A stretch of 64,000 nt of DNA from a virus. Lineage: Duplodnaviria; Caudoviricetes. Under the pieces are notes generated by a model. The model did not search any database, was not told where the DNA came from, and saw only the letters and a program-made list of their open reading frames with translations. Positions 10,126 through 19,839 of the stretch are shown here, one piece after another (position 1 is the first letter of the stretch; each line of letters starts with the position of its first letter). A program made the translations under genes and the position numbers. Location of the stretch: positions 10,096 through 74,095 of IMG/VR virus record IMGVR_UViG_2657245709_000001; one strand, given 5' to 3'.

Positions 10126-11013
10126 TCACCTGACCCGGGCGTAGTTGGCCAGGGTCCGGCGGGCCTCCTTGAGCAGGCCCATGCCGGTGGGGCGCGAGTC
10201 CTCCGTGCGGGTCGACGAGCTGGCGTTGTCCGGGTACTCGTCCTCGTCTTTGGTGCCCGGGCGCATCAACTGGCTCATCGTGTGCAGGACGACCGCCCGG
10301 CGCAGGTCCGCCGGCACGCCGGAGAAGTCGTGGTCTTCGGCGTGCGCGTTCCGAAGGGGCTGAAGGAGCGACACGACGGTGGTGTCGGGCAGGGTGCTGG
10401 GGGCGGGCGGGATCCAGGCCGGGTCGACGGTGACGGTCTCCTCGAGACCCGGGTCCCAGATCCGGTAGCGGCCGCCGGGCATGATCCCGGTCGGGTCGGC
10501 GACGGACAGGGTCGTGTCCCCCGCCTCCGCGCTGTCGGCGAGGACCGTGGCGGTGTGCCCGGCGACGTAGACGGCCTGGGTGAAGAGGTCGCCGCCCACG
10601 CCCGGGCTGCCGAACTGGAGGCTGCCGGACCAGGCCACGGTGCCGGCTGTGGCGAGCGAGACGACGATGTTCGTGTCCTGCTCCACCCACACGGTCGGGG
10701 TGGTGAGGACGGTCAGGGCGGTCGGCGCGTACCCGTAGCCGAAGCTGACGACCTGGAGGACGGGCCCGTGGTCGGCATGCAGCTTGAGGAGTTGGTCGGA
10801 GCCGACGAAGATCCGCTCGGTCTGCGTGTGCAGGTGGGCGCCGAGGGGCTGGTCGAGTTCGCTGTCGGCCCAGTCGGATGCGGCGAGGAGCAGGTTGGTG
10901 AGCTCGGCGGTCTGCGCGTCCGGATTGGTGCTGTCGACGTTGAGGCCCTGGGTGTCCAGGTAGGTCGGGTGGGCGCGGAATGCGGCGGCGGACACGTAGG
11001 GGACGGCGGGCAC
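10126..11013 (-). CDS. Head-tail adaptor/connector-like protein with inserted beta domain
   Basis: 'LLLAASDWAD', 'YVAG...VPADLRRAV', 'ARRTLANY' are adaptor-like; position downstream of capsid. Confidence 0.65.
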   Translation of the reverse strand: MPAVPYVSAAAFRAHPTYLDTQGLNVDSTNPDAQTAELTNLLLAASDWADSELDQPLGAHLHTQTERIFVGSDQLLKLHADHGPVLQVVSFGYGYAPTALTVLTTPTVWVEQDTNIVVSLATAGTVAWSGSLQFGSPGVGGDLFTQAVYVAGHTATVLADSAEAGDTTLSVADPTGIMPGGRYRIWDPGLEETVTVDPAWIPPAPSTLPDTTVVSLLQPLRNAHAEDHDFSGVPADLRRAVVLHTMSQLMRPGTKDEDEYPDNASSSTRTEDSRPTGMGLLKEARRTLANYARVR

Positions 11014-11042
11014 GTCACCTCCAGGGGGGCGGGGGCGGGCGG

Positions 11043-11414
11043 TCAGTCGGTTGCCGGTCCAGCGGCAGTCCGGGTCCAGGAGCCGTGCTCACAGCCGACT
11101 GCGGTGGTTCCGGGCCCGGTCGGCCAGCCGCCGGGGAAGCAGGTCGTGCACGGGGCGGGGGCGTCGGCCGCCCTCGGGGTGCTGCTGCTCTCGTCCCGGG
11201 GGTCTCCGACGGCAGGGACGTCGCTGTCGCCCGGCCCCGGCAGGGTGTCGGCGCCCGCCACCGGGCCGTCGCCGCTGTCCGGGGTTACGCCGGTGCTGGG
11301 GGCGCCGTCGTCCGGCGCGGACTCCTGGCTGCTGGTGGTGTCGGCTGCCGGGCCCTGGGTGTCGTCCGGGTTCGCGGTGCTGGTCTTCGGCGTCGTGGTC
11401 TTACGCGCAGCCAT
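11043..11414 (-). CDS. Hypothetical protein (disordered N-terminus, C-terminal Cys motif)
   Basis: ATG 11414 with AAAGG RBS; MAARKTTT...CTTC...CEHGSW. Confidence 0.65.
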   Translation of the reverse strand: MAARKTTTPKTSTANPDDTQGPAADTTSSQESAPDDGAPSTGVTPDSGDGPVAGADTLPGPGDSDVPAVGDPRDESSSTPRAADAPAPCTTCFPGGWPTGPGTTAVGCEHGSWTRTAAGPATD

Positions 11415-11434
11415 GATTGCCCTTTCAGTTCTGG

Positions 11435-11707
11435 TCAGTTGTCGCGGCGGCAGGTGCCGCCGCAGCGGGAGCAGGTCGTGAAGAAGGCGCCGAACCCACA
11501 GTCGGAGCAGCGGTATCCGCCACGGGTGTGACCCCCGAGAGCGGAAGGGAACGCGCCGTACTCGCGCAGGGCGCGTTCGTGCTGGGGGTTGTCGACGGTG
11601 ACGGTGCCGTCGCGGCCGGCGGTGTAGGAGGTGACGGTGCCGGTCTGAGCGCCCTGGATGTCGATGCCGCGGACGGCGCCGTCGGGCAGGCAGAGCTTGG
11701 GGGCCAT
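11435..11707 (-). CDS. Small zinc-ribbon protein downstream of capsid
   Basis: ATG 11707 with GGAG RBS; CSDC...CSRC. Confidence 0.7.
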   Translation of the reverse strand: MAPKLCLPDGAVRGIDIQGAQTGTVTSYTAGRDGTVTVDNPQHERALREYGAFPSALGGHTRGGYRCSDCGFGAFFTTCSRCGGTCRRDN

Positions 11708-11735
11708 GAGGAACTCCGGGTGAGGGTGGGGAGCA

Positions 11736-11772
11736 GCGCCGGGGCCGCTCAGCGGCCGTAGGGCCCCGGCGC
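11736..11772 (-). terminator. GC-rich hairpin after the major capsid gene
   Basis: GCGCCGGGGCC ... GGCCCCGGCGC inverted repeat just past the capsid stop codon. Confidence 0.55.
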
Positions 11773-11784
11773 ACGCGGGGCTGG

Positions 11785-13503
11785 TCAGGCCCGCTTGATG
11801 CCGGTGATCGCGCCGTTCCAGGCGGGGGCGTAGCAGACGAGGGTGCCCATCCAGTACGAGCTGGACTCGAAGGCGAACTGGGTGACGGGCCAGTCGACGC
11901 CCATCATGTCCTGGACGTTGTAGACCGCCCAGACGTCGCTGACCTCGGAGTCCGGGAGCGGGAGGGTGTCGGAGATGATCGGGGCGTTGCCCTGCGGGAG
12001 CCAGGGGTGGACTTCGACGTTGACGCCCTTGCCGGTGACCTCGTTGATGATCGTGTTGACGACGTCGCCGAGGGTGACCCCGGTGAGCTGGTCCTGGGTG
12101 ATCGTCATCCGGTAGTTGCTGGACGTCGACGTCTTCAGCGAGTCGCTGAGCTGCTTGCGGTCGGAGCCGTTGAGCAGCGTGCGGTCGGGGTCGGCCTTCA
12201 CGTTGTCGTACAGGGCCGCGAAGGCGTCCTGCCACTCCGAGCCCGGGTTCGATGTCGACAGGGCCGCGTTCAGACGCTTGACGTAGCCGGAGTCCGCGCC
12301 GGTGCAGATCGGCAGGATGCCGTCGTAGCCCGCGGTGTACGCCGTGGTGTCCCCGGTGACTGCCGAGGCCGCCGTGCCGGACGTCGGGAGTGCCCCCTGG
12401 AGGGTGAAGGTGTTCGTCCCCGTCCGGCCGGCGTACCAGCGGGCGGAGTCGCCGGGGTCCGAGGAGCCGGTGGACACGTACACCCGCATGCCGGTGGCGC
12501 CGGCGGGGAGGGTGACGGTGACGTCGACGACCTGGCTCGAGGGGGCGACGGTCGCCGCGCTGGAGAGCACGGACTGTCCGAAGTCGCCGGCGTCGGCGGT
12601 GACCTTGACGTAGATGTTCGTGCTGACGCCGGACAGCGCGGTCTCGCCGGTCGCCGCCGAGCGGGCGGTCAGGGTCACGTTCGAGGGCGCGGCCAGGGCC
12701 CCGAGGAAGCCTCGCCCGCTGGTGCCGCGGCCCAGGAGCAGCATCCGCTCCTCCAGCAGCATGCTCGAGTAGAGCAGGCTGGTGCGGGAGAGCTGCCGGA
12801 TGTCCTGGTAGCCCTGGCCTGCGTACTGCGCGGACCAGGTGACCGCGTCCGACACGGAGAACTGGCTGTAGGGGACGGTCTTGTCGTAGCCCGCGTACGT
12901 GATCTTCGGGCCGCGCGCGTAGTACAGCGAGTTCGCCGCCCCGGACGGGGCGAAGTTCGTCTGCGTCGTGTCCTGGATACCGGGGTGGATGTTGGCGACG
13001 CCGCCGGTCGCCGTACCCGTGAACCCGGAGATGACCTTGAACTGGTGGGCCAGGCCGATGCCCTTGCGGCGCGGCAGCCGGTTGCGGATCGGGGTCGGCC
13101 GCGGTGTGAGCATCTTCGCCGGGGCCTCGAGGTCGTACGCGACCAGGCCGCTGGAGAGCGGGGACGTGGTGGTGATGTCCTTCATCAGGTCCGGCTGGTC
13201 CGCCTTCAGGGCGTCCAGGGCGGACGTGACGGACGCCAGGGCGTCCGGGGAGAGAGCCTTGGCCATCTCCGGCGAGATGGCCTTCGACAGGGCGTCGAAG
13301 GCCGTCGCCGGGCCGCTGGTGTCGAAGGAGATGCCGCGGCCTTCACCGAACGACTGGGCGATGACTGCCTGGTCCACCACGCGGGTGGGCGCCTGGTCGA
13401 GAGCCGACATCAGCTCGTCGAACCGGCGGGAAACTTCGGCCTTGGTCAGTGCCGGCGCCTCCGGGGAGTCCCCGAACAGCACCTGCGCCTTGGGCAGAGC
13501 CAT
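11785..13503 (-). CDS. Major capsid protein with internal Ig/FN3-like insertion
   Basis: 'LVAYDLEAPAKMLTPRPTPIRNRLPR', 'EERMLL', C-terminal 'YAPAWNGAITGI'; follows protease/scaffold. Confidence 0.85.
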   Translation of the reverse strand: MALPKAQVLFGDSPEAPALTKAEVSRRFDELMSALDQAPTRVVDQAVIAQSFGEGRGISFDTSGPATAFDALSKAISPEMAKALSPDALASVTSALDALKADQPDLMKDITTTSPLSSGLVAYDLEAPAKMLTPRPTPIRNRLPRRKGIGLAHQFKVISGFTGTATGGVANIHPGIQDTTQTNFAPSGAANSLYYARGPKITYAGYDKTVPYSQFSVSDAVTWSAQYAGQGYQDIRQLSRTSLLYSSMLLEERMLLLGRGTSGRGFLGALAAPSNVTLTARSAATGETALSGVSTNIYVKVTADAGDFGQSVLSSAATVAPSSQVVDVTVTLPAGATGMRVYVSTGSSDPGDSARWYAGRTGTNTFTLQGALPTSGTAASAVTGDTTAYTAGYDGILPICTGADSGYVKRLNAALSTSNPGSEWQDAFAALYDNVKADPDRTLLNGSDRKQLSDSLKTSTSSNYRMTITQDQLTGVTLGDVVNTIINEVTGKGVNVEVHPWLPQGNAPIISDTLPLPDSEVSDVWAVYNVQDMMGVDWPVTQFAFESSSYWMGTLVCYAPAWNGAITGIKRA

Positions 13504-13573
13504 AGCCCTGCTCCTTCCATGGGAAAGGCCCCACGCTGGGGGCCGGTTGAACGTGAGGGGGGTGCCGCAGGGG

Positions 13574-15322
13574 TCAGGCGTCGGCCTTGACGAGCAGCTC
13601 GCGGCGGCGCTCGAGGTAGCCCTCGCGCAGATCGCGGTCCTGGCACGCGTCTGCCTTGGCGAGGAGCGCGGCGGCGTCGGCGCGCATCTGGTCGGAGTCC
13701 GACTTGCGGGCCGCGGACGTCTCGGCCGCGGTCCGGGTCAGGGCCGGACCGCCGGGGACCGGCTGCGCCTGGAGCGCCTCGATCGTCTGCGTCGCCTTCG
13801 TCAGCTCGCCCGTGAGCGCCTGGATGCGCTCCTCCTGGGCGGTGCCGGCCTCTGCGAGCGCGGACGTCACGAGCTCGGCCACGTCGGCCTTCGTGAGGGG
13901 TGCCTCTGCCGTCGCAGACGCGGTCTTCTCCGGGGAGGCGCCGGCCTCGGGGGCCTCTTCCTTCTTCCCGGTGTCGGGCGCGTCGGCCTTGGCGGTGTCG
14001 GCCAGGGCCATCTGGTCGGCAGCGTCCTGCTCCCGCTTGAACCACTTCAGGGAGCGGACGGCATCGAGGAGGAGGCCGATGCTGATGGCCTTGCGGAGGT
14101 CGCCACCGGCGAGGCACTCGGCCTCGGCGATGATCAGCTTGGCGATGCAGGCGACGGCGGCGTCCGCCCCGTTGATCTCCGCCTCGCCCTCCTCCTCACC
14201 GTCATCGCCGTCGGCCTTGGTGAGCGCCGGCACCAGCGCGCGAAGGTCCCGGAGGATGCTCTCCGCCTGCTCCACGACCGCCGGCTGCTCACCGGCAGCA
14301 CCGGTCTCCGAGGTGTCGGCCTTCTCGCTCTCCTTGAGCGAGCCGTTGCCGTTCCAGTTCTCGGGCACCATGCCCTCCAATCCGAGGGCTCGCGCCCGCT
14401 TGATGATGTGCTTACGGATGGCGTCGTGGTCCGAGCCGCTCCGGCCGACCGCCTTGATCGCCTTGCGCAGCTCAGCCTTGCTGCGGATCGGGTACGAGCC
14501 GTCATCCATCGCCGCACCCGTCTGCGCCGCCCGGCGACGGGCGGCCGCGGAGAGGTCGGCCTTCCCCAGCTCGGACAGCCGCCGCTCGACCCGGGCGTCG
14601 ACCAAGCCCTGCACCATCTCCTCGGTCACCGGCTGGCCCGCGACCTTGAGGAGGAAGGACGGCGCAGCGATCGCCACACCGGCCTCGTCGGCCTTGACGG
14701 TCTCGGTGGTCACCGAAGCACCGGCGGCGGCGAGGCTGTTGAGCGCGGCCTGCACCGGGGCGGGGAGCTGCGCGTACAGCTCGTCGGCGATCCCGAACGA
14801 GGCGGCGTCCGACTTCTCGACGACCGTCCCCTCCACGGCCTCCAGCTCGCCGGCGCCGTCCGCCTTCGCGATCTCGAAGAGCGTGGTCGGGTTGCAGGGC
14901 CGGTCGACGATCGAGACCTCGACGATGTCCCCGCCCACGACCTCGCCGCCCGGGGCGTCCGCCTTGCCCAGGCGGACCTTCGGCCCCTTGATCCCGACCG
15001 AGTAGCCCTTGAGGACCTTGTGCTTGACCTTCAGACAGGCAACGGGGTCGACGATGTGCGAGGCGAGCATGTGCCCGCTGTCACCGTCCCCTTTCACGAG
15101 GCCCACTCCCACCCCGACGGCCCGCTTCGCGTCGTGCTGTTCGCGCACGTTCGCGCCCTCGGCGAACCACGCGGGCATGGCGGTGTCCAGCCACGCCGAG
15201 TTGAGGCGCTGCCGGTCCCGGTCCAGGTGGGAGGACGCGGCGGGCCCGTAGACCATGTACGTGCCGTCGTCCTGCTCCTCGGCCTTGGTGATCGGCGTCC
15301 ACGCGTACGCAATGTCGTCCAC
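13574..15322 (-). CDS. Prohead protease/scaffold fusion
   Basis: HK97-type protease motifs 'NVREQH', 'GYSVG', 'EVSIVDRPCNP'; coiled-coil scaffold C-terminus; internal 'AMDDGSYPI..AI..GR' module. Confidence 0.85.
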   Translation of the reverse strand: MDDIAYAWTPITKAEEQDDGTYMVYGPAASSHLDRDRQRLNSAWLDTAMPAWFAEGANVREQHDAKRAVGVGVGLVKGDGDSGHMLASHIVDPVACLKVKHKVLKGYSVGIKGPKVRLGKADAPGGEVVGGDIVEVSIVDRPCNPTTLFEIAKADGAGELEAVEGTVVEKSDAASFGIADELYAQLPAPVQAALNSLAAAGASVTTETVKADEAGVAIAAPSFLLKVAGQPVTEEMVQGLVDARVERRLSELGKADLSAAARRRAAQTGAAMDDGSYPIRSKAELRKAIKAVGRSGSDHDAIRKHIIKRARALGLEGMVPENWNGNGSLKESEKADTSETGAAGEQPAVVEQAESILRDLRALVPALTKADGDDGEEEGEAEINGADAAVACIAKLIIAEAECLAGGDLRKAISIGLLLDAVRSLKWFKREQDAADQMALADTAKADAPDTGKKEEAPEAGASPEKTASATAEAPLTKADVAELVTSALAEAGTAQEERIQALTGELTKATQTIEALQAQPVPGGPALTRTAAETSAARKSDSDQMRADAAALLAKADACQDRDLREGYLERRRELLVKADA

Positions 15323-15363
15323 CTGCTGCTCCTTTCAGTACCGCAGCGGACCGCGGAGGTTGG

Positions 15364-18072
15364 TCAGCCGAGGCCCTCCGGCATGAGGACGCAGCGGCAG
15401 GAGGGATGCCCCGGCGGGATGCCGTGCCCGCTGGGGAACTGCTGGCTGAGCGGGATCGCGCCCGCCGCCTCGTTGTTCATGCACACCGGGCAGACCCGCT
15501 CGTCGACCGCGGTGAACCACGACTTCTGCCGGACCCCGTTGGCCCGGTAGGTGTTGAGGCTCGCAGCGGACACGGCGCGCGCGATCTCGGTGACGGCGAC
15601 GCGCTCGGCCCAGGCCGGGTCACGCAGCAGGTGCTGGATGGCCAGGGCCGTCGTGTCCGCGGAGTCGCCGCGGGCGAGGGCGTCGGAGAGCACCTTGGCG
15701 AGCCGGTTCATGCGGTTCGCGGCGACGCCCCGGATGACGATGCCGGACTCGTCCAGGAGCGCCTGCAGCCCGTTGAGGGGCCCGCCGGGGCGCAGGAGGC
15801 GGGCGGCGTCCGGGTCGCCGGGACTCCACTTCGACCAGTCGACGGTGCTGTGTCCGGCGAGGACGGCGAGGGCGGAGCGCTCGCCGATGACGTAGCCGTC
15901 GGTCTGGATCTCCCGGACGATCAGCAGGGCCCGGATCAGGCTGATGTTCTGTGCGGCCAGCCAGCCGACCGCGTCGTGCCAGGGCGTTCCCGGCATGCCC
16001 GCGCCGCCGCCTGCGGGCTGTACTCCGCCGAGGTCGGGCTCATCGGCCTTGGCGGTGATGCCGCGCTGGGCGATCCACCGCTCGGCGAGCGCCCGGGCGT
16101 CGAGGGCGCCGCCCATGGCCTTGATGATGCGCGGCTTCCAGTAGGCAGCGGCGCGCCGGTCCGCCGACCAGCCAGGCCAGTCCCGGACACGGTCAGTATC
16201 CGGGGAAGACGGTGCTTTTGGGACGGCACCACCACCGTCCACGGGCTCGGGCTCGGGCTCGGCGAAGAGGACGATCTCGCCGTTCACGTCGGGGGCGTCC
16301 GCCTTCGTGACCACGGTGAAGCGGAACGGCCGGCTCGGCGCGGGGTTGCGGCGGGCCCACCGGCGGAACGCCGCGAGCTCGACCTTGACGGCCTGCGCCC
16401 GCTCCGGGTCGGCAGCGCCCTCCTCGTCGATGTCGGCGTCGTCTTCGTCCGGCTCGTCGGCCTCCGGGGCTTCGTCGGTGCCCTTGGCCGGCCCGATGAC
16501 TGCGCCCGGTGCCGCCTGGTCGGCCGCGCCCTCGAGGAAAACGACTCCGCGGGTGGTGACGAGGACCGGCTTGTCGGCCTCCGGGAAGTCGTACCGGGGC
16601 TTCCCCGCACGGTCGCGGGCCTCGTTCAGGGTGAGGCGGCCGGACTTGTAGCGGGCGTCGTCGACGGCGTCGGCGGCGGCCTCGTCCTCCTCCTCCAGGC
16701 CGAGGAACGCAAACTCGAGGTCGCGGTGCATCCGGAGGTGGAGGCGCAGGATGTCGGTGACGGTGTCCTGGAGCCAGCGGACGGTCGGCAGGGTGCCCTT
16801 GCGGCGCTGTACGGACGCCTGCCCTTCGTGCCAGCCCGTGCTGCCGAGGCCGCCCTGCTCCGTGAAGCCGAGCTCGGCGATGGTGGTGTCGAAGTGGGCC
16901 ACCATCAGCTTGATCAGGAACAGGTCGTACTCCGGCCGGTACCGCTCGGCGGCATCCGACTGCTGCCCCAGCTCCATGCCGGGCGGGAGGATCCGCAACC
17001 GGTGGCGCGCCCCGGTCGGCCCGTACGCGTCGTTGAGGAACGTCTCGTATTCCTTGAGCTGCGCCGGACTCCACCCCGAGGCGCCTGAGTTGGTGACGAG
17101 CGCGGACGGGACGGTGCCGTCGGTGTACTCGGCCTTGATCCAGGAGCGGCGGCGCAGCCACACGTCCAGATCCTCGAGGCACTGCTCGACCGCGCTGTAC
17201 CCGTACGGGGTGTGGGCGCGGACGTTGCGGCGCCGGTAGACGAGGTGGTCGGAGCGGTAGCCGTTGAGGACGGCCCCGTCGGCGTCGGTGTCGGCGATGA
17301 ACTCGCCGCGGGGAAAGCCCCACAGGAGCTGCTGGTAGGCGGGGTTCGGGGGCTGGGGACGTCCGCCGCGGTGGTCGCGCAGCGGCTTGATCGTGGAGCC
17401 GTCCAGCACCTCGAAGGCGTAGAGGTCGCCGCCGAAGGTGCGCCGCGGGTAGATCGCGATGGCGTCGAGGACGAAGTGCTCCTCGAGGAGCTTGGTGAGC
17501 CAGTCGGTGGTGGTCTCGCCCTGGCCCCGGTCGGGGCGCTCGAGGAAGTCCATGACCCGGGTGATCTCGGCGGAGTGCTGCTGGCGCAGGGCCTTGGCGA
17601 CTTCGTGGTCCGGCTGCTCCGAGCCTTCCTGGGCGCGTTCGATGGCCTGCTCGGTGAGGCGCACCGTCCAGCCCAGGCTCGCGACTTCGTTCTTGCGGAT
17701 CTCGATGCAGCGGCGCGGCAGCCCGCCGGCGTCCGCAGCGTCTCGCAGCACCTTCCACGGCACCAGCCGGTCCGACATGCCCGGCAGGTTGGAGCTGACG
17801 GGGTACTCGTTGAGGCGGGGCTCAGGACGGCCGCTGTCCGGGCGCGGCGGGTCAATCGCGGCCGGGTACAGCGGCACCCCGGGCCCGAACGCGACCGGCG
17901 GGTCGGTGCGCGGGAGCGGCGGGAAGACGCCGGTGGTCTGGCCGCCGAGCCGGTTGGCGGCCATGAGCGCGGCGACCTGCTCGGTGGAGAACGTCACCGC
18001 CGAGCTGCTGGCGGCCTTGTTGAGGTGTGCCGGCTGCCGGGAGCGTCCGCGCTGCTTCTTACCCACGAGCAC
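15364..18072 (-). CDS. Portal protein fused to MuF-type head morphogenesis domain
   Basis: Portal motifs 'LDGSTIKP', 'YGYSAVEQ', 'LTLNEAR'; C-terminal 'RVAVTE...W...DERVCPVC...PPGHPSCRC'. Confidence 0.9.
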   Translation of the reverse strand: MLVGKKQRGRSRQPAHLNKAASSSAVTFSTEQVAALMAANRLGGQTTGVFPPLPRTDPPVAFGPGVPLYPAAIDPPRPDSGRPEPRLNEYPVSSNLPGMSDRLVPWKVLRDAADAGGLPRRCIEIRKNEVASLGWTVRLTEQAIERAQEGSEQPDHEVAKALRQQHSAEITRVMDFLERPDRGQGETTTDWLTKLLEEHFVLDAIAIYPRRTFGGDLYAFEVLDGSTIKPLRDHRGGRPQPPNPAYQQLLWGFPRGEFIADTDADGAVLNGYRSDHLVYRRRNVRAHTPYGYSAVEQCLEDLDVWLRRRSWIKAEYTDGTVPSALVTNSGASGWSPAQLKEYETFLNDAYGPTGARHRLRILPPGMELGQQSDAAERYRPEYDLFLIKLMVAHFDTTIAELGFTEQGGLGSTGWHEGQASVQRRKGTLPTVRWLQDTVTDILRLHLRMHRDLEFAFLGLEEEDEAAADAVDDARYKSGRLTLNEARDRAGKPRYDFPEADKPVLVTTRGVVFLEGAADQAAPGAVIGPAKGTDEAPEADEPDEDDADIDEEGAADPERAQAVKVELAAFRRWARRNPAPSRPFRFTVVTKADAPDVNGEIVLFAEPEPEPVDGGGAVPKAPSSPDTDRVRDWPGWSADRRAAAYWKPRIIKAMGGALDARALAERWIAQRGITAKADEPDLGGVQPAGGGAGMPGTPWHDAVGWLAAQNISLIRALLIVREIQTDGYVIGERSALAVLAGHSTVDWSKWSPGDPDAARLLRPGGPLNGLQALLDESGIVIRGVAANRMNRLAKVLSDALARGDSADTTALAIQHLLRDPAWAERVAVTEIARAVSAASLNTYRANGVRQKSWFTAVDERVCPVCMNNEAAGAIPLSQQFPSGHGIPPGHPSCRCVLMPEGLG

Positions 18073-18099
18073 CCCCTTCTGCGGTTGTCGGGACGGGGG

Positions 18100-18333
18100 T
18101 TACAGGCCGGCCGCGGTGTAGAGGCCGGTCGGGCACAAGGCTTCGTGCGTGATGCGCTCGAGGTCGGCCGCCGCGTGGGCGGCGGGTCCCTGGGCGAGCC
18201 ACCGGCGTGTGCACAGCAGGTGGCCGGGGTGGGCGCGGCAGAGCAGGACCCGGATGAGGGCGTGGGCCCGGTGGCAGGGGCAGCGGGGTGCGAGGCCGGG
18301 CGGCGGGGGCCGCCAGGCGGGACGGACGCGCAT
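18100..18333 (-). CDS. Small hypothetical protein
   Basis: GGAGG RBS; fills the gap between terL and portal. Confidence 0.5.
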   Translation of the reverse strand: MRVRPAWRPPPPGLAPRCPCHRAHALIRVLLCRAHPGHLLCTRRWLAQGPAAHAAADLERITHEALCPTGLYTAAGL

Positions 18334-18348
18334 CGGGGTTCCTCCGGG

Positions 18349-19824
18349 TCAGGCGGTGGCGTACTCGCGCAGCCACGCCATCTGCTGGTCGATGCCGCCG
18401 GGCGGCGTGTAGAAGGCCAAGTTCAGGGCGTCGGCGTCGTCCGGAGACCGGCCGAGCCTCTTCTTCGTGTCCTCCTTGGGCTCGACGACCGTGCGGCCGG
18501 CGCTGTCGAGCGTGTACTTCGGGGCGGTGAGCTGCGTGACGAGCTGCTCGCGGTCGCTCTCCTCGAGCTCGGAGAGGTCCCAGGACCGGTCCTCGGAGAG
18601 CTGCCGGGCGACGCGCCACCAGATCTCCGACCGCAGCCTCGGGAACCGGTCCGGCTCCTCCGACTTCACCGAGACGTTGACGGGGACGATGACGGCCTGG
18701 TGCTCGCCCTTGAGTGCCTTCTCCTGGAGGTTGCCGGCGATGCCCCACCCGATCCCGATGGAGTCGATCTTCACGGCGGTCGGCTTGACCTCCTGGATGA
18801 TCGCCAGGATCCGCGCGGTCGCCTTGACCGGATCCTTCTCCCTAAACCCCCACCGGCGCCCGACCACCATGCCGCGCCGCTCGCGGACCACGGTCTCGTC
18901 ACCGCCGGCACCCATGTCGATGCCGAGTTCGTGCGGGAGCTGCTGGTCGGCCGGGCGCTTCTCCTCGCGCTCGGCGTGGCAGGCGCGCAGGGCCGAGAGG
19001 CGCACGACGCCGTCCTCGGCCTCGTTCGGGAACTCGCCCAAGACCTTGCTGATGTAGGTCGGGGAGGACTCGCCGAACTCGTCGCGCATGTCGTCGACGT
19101 ACTCCTGGCTGACCAGGCTCGGCCGCAGCTCGTCCGGCACCGGCTCCCCGGTGAAGTTCGGGGTGTCGAACGTGCTGATGTGGATGGTGTGCCAGCGGGA
19201 GCCCGGCTGGCACACCCGCGCGAAGTGGGAGCCGGGGTCGTCCGGGTTCCCGATCGCGAGGATCCGGCAGTGCTCGCCCGTCGCGATCGACATAGCGGCG
19301 GTCCAGAACTGCTTGTTGATGCCGCACGCCTCGTCCAGGATCACCAGGACGTACTTGGCGTGGATGCCCTGGAAGGCGTGCGGGTTGTAGTCGGACGGCT
19401 TCCGGCCGAACGCGATCAGTTGCTTGTTGAGCTTCCAGTCGGTCTCGTTGACCCGGCCGATGAACTCCGTGCCGCGCGCTTCGGCCTTCACCCAGGCGGA
19501 GTTGATCTCGGACCAGAGGATCGCCTTGACCTGGTCGCCCGTCGGCGCCGTGGTGACGACCCGGGCCTCGCCGGGCGGGTGCGTGTCGAGCCACCAGCAC
19601 GTCAACCGGGAAGCACTGAAGCTCTTGCCGCTGCCGTGGCAGGAGTGCACGGCGGTGAACCGGTTCGTTCTCACGGACTCGGCGATCTCGAGCTGTTTCG
19701 ACCACAGGTGCTCGCCCAGCTTGTCCTTCGCCCACAGGCCCGGCTGCGTGACGTAGGACTGGGCCTGCTGCTCCCGCTCGATTCCCTCATCCAGCCAGTC
19801 CGCGGCGAGAGCGAGAGCATCCAT
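18349..19824 (-). CDS. terL: Terminase large subunit
   Basis: Walker A 'HGSGKS', Walker B 'VILDEA', 'IGNP', nuclease 'GID..GGDET', 'RSPDDADA'. Confidence 0.95.
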   Translation of the reverse strand: MDALALAADWLDEGIEREQQAQSYVTQPGLWAKDKLGEHLWSKQLEIAESVRTNRFTAVHSCHGSGKSFSASRLTCWWLDTHPPGEARVVTTAPTGDQVKAILWSEINSAWVKAEARGTEFIGRVNETDWKLNKQLIAFGRKPSDYNPHAFQGIHAKYVLVILDEACGINKQFWTAAMSIATGEHCRILAIGNPDDPGSHFARVCQPGSRWHTIHISTFDTPNFTGEPVPDELRPSLVSQEYVDDMRDEFGESSPTYISKVLGEFPNEAEDGVVRLSALRACHAEREEKRPADQQLPHELGIDMGAGGDETVVRERRGMVVGRRWGFREKDPVKATARILAIIQEVKPTAVKIDSIGIGWGIAGNLQEKALKGEHQAVIVPVNVSVKSEEPDRFPRLRSEIWWRVARQLSEDRSWDLSELEESDREQLVTQLTAPKYTLDSAGRTVVEPKEDTKKRLGRSPDDADALNLAFYTPPGGIDQQMAWLREYATA

Positions 19825-19839
19825 CGCGGGCCCCCTGCC

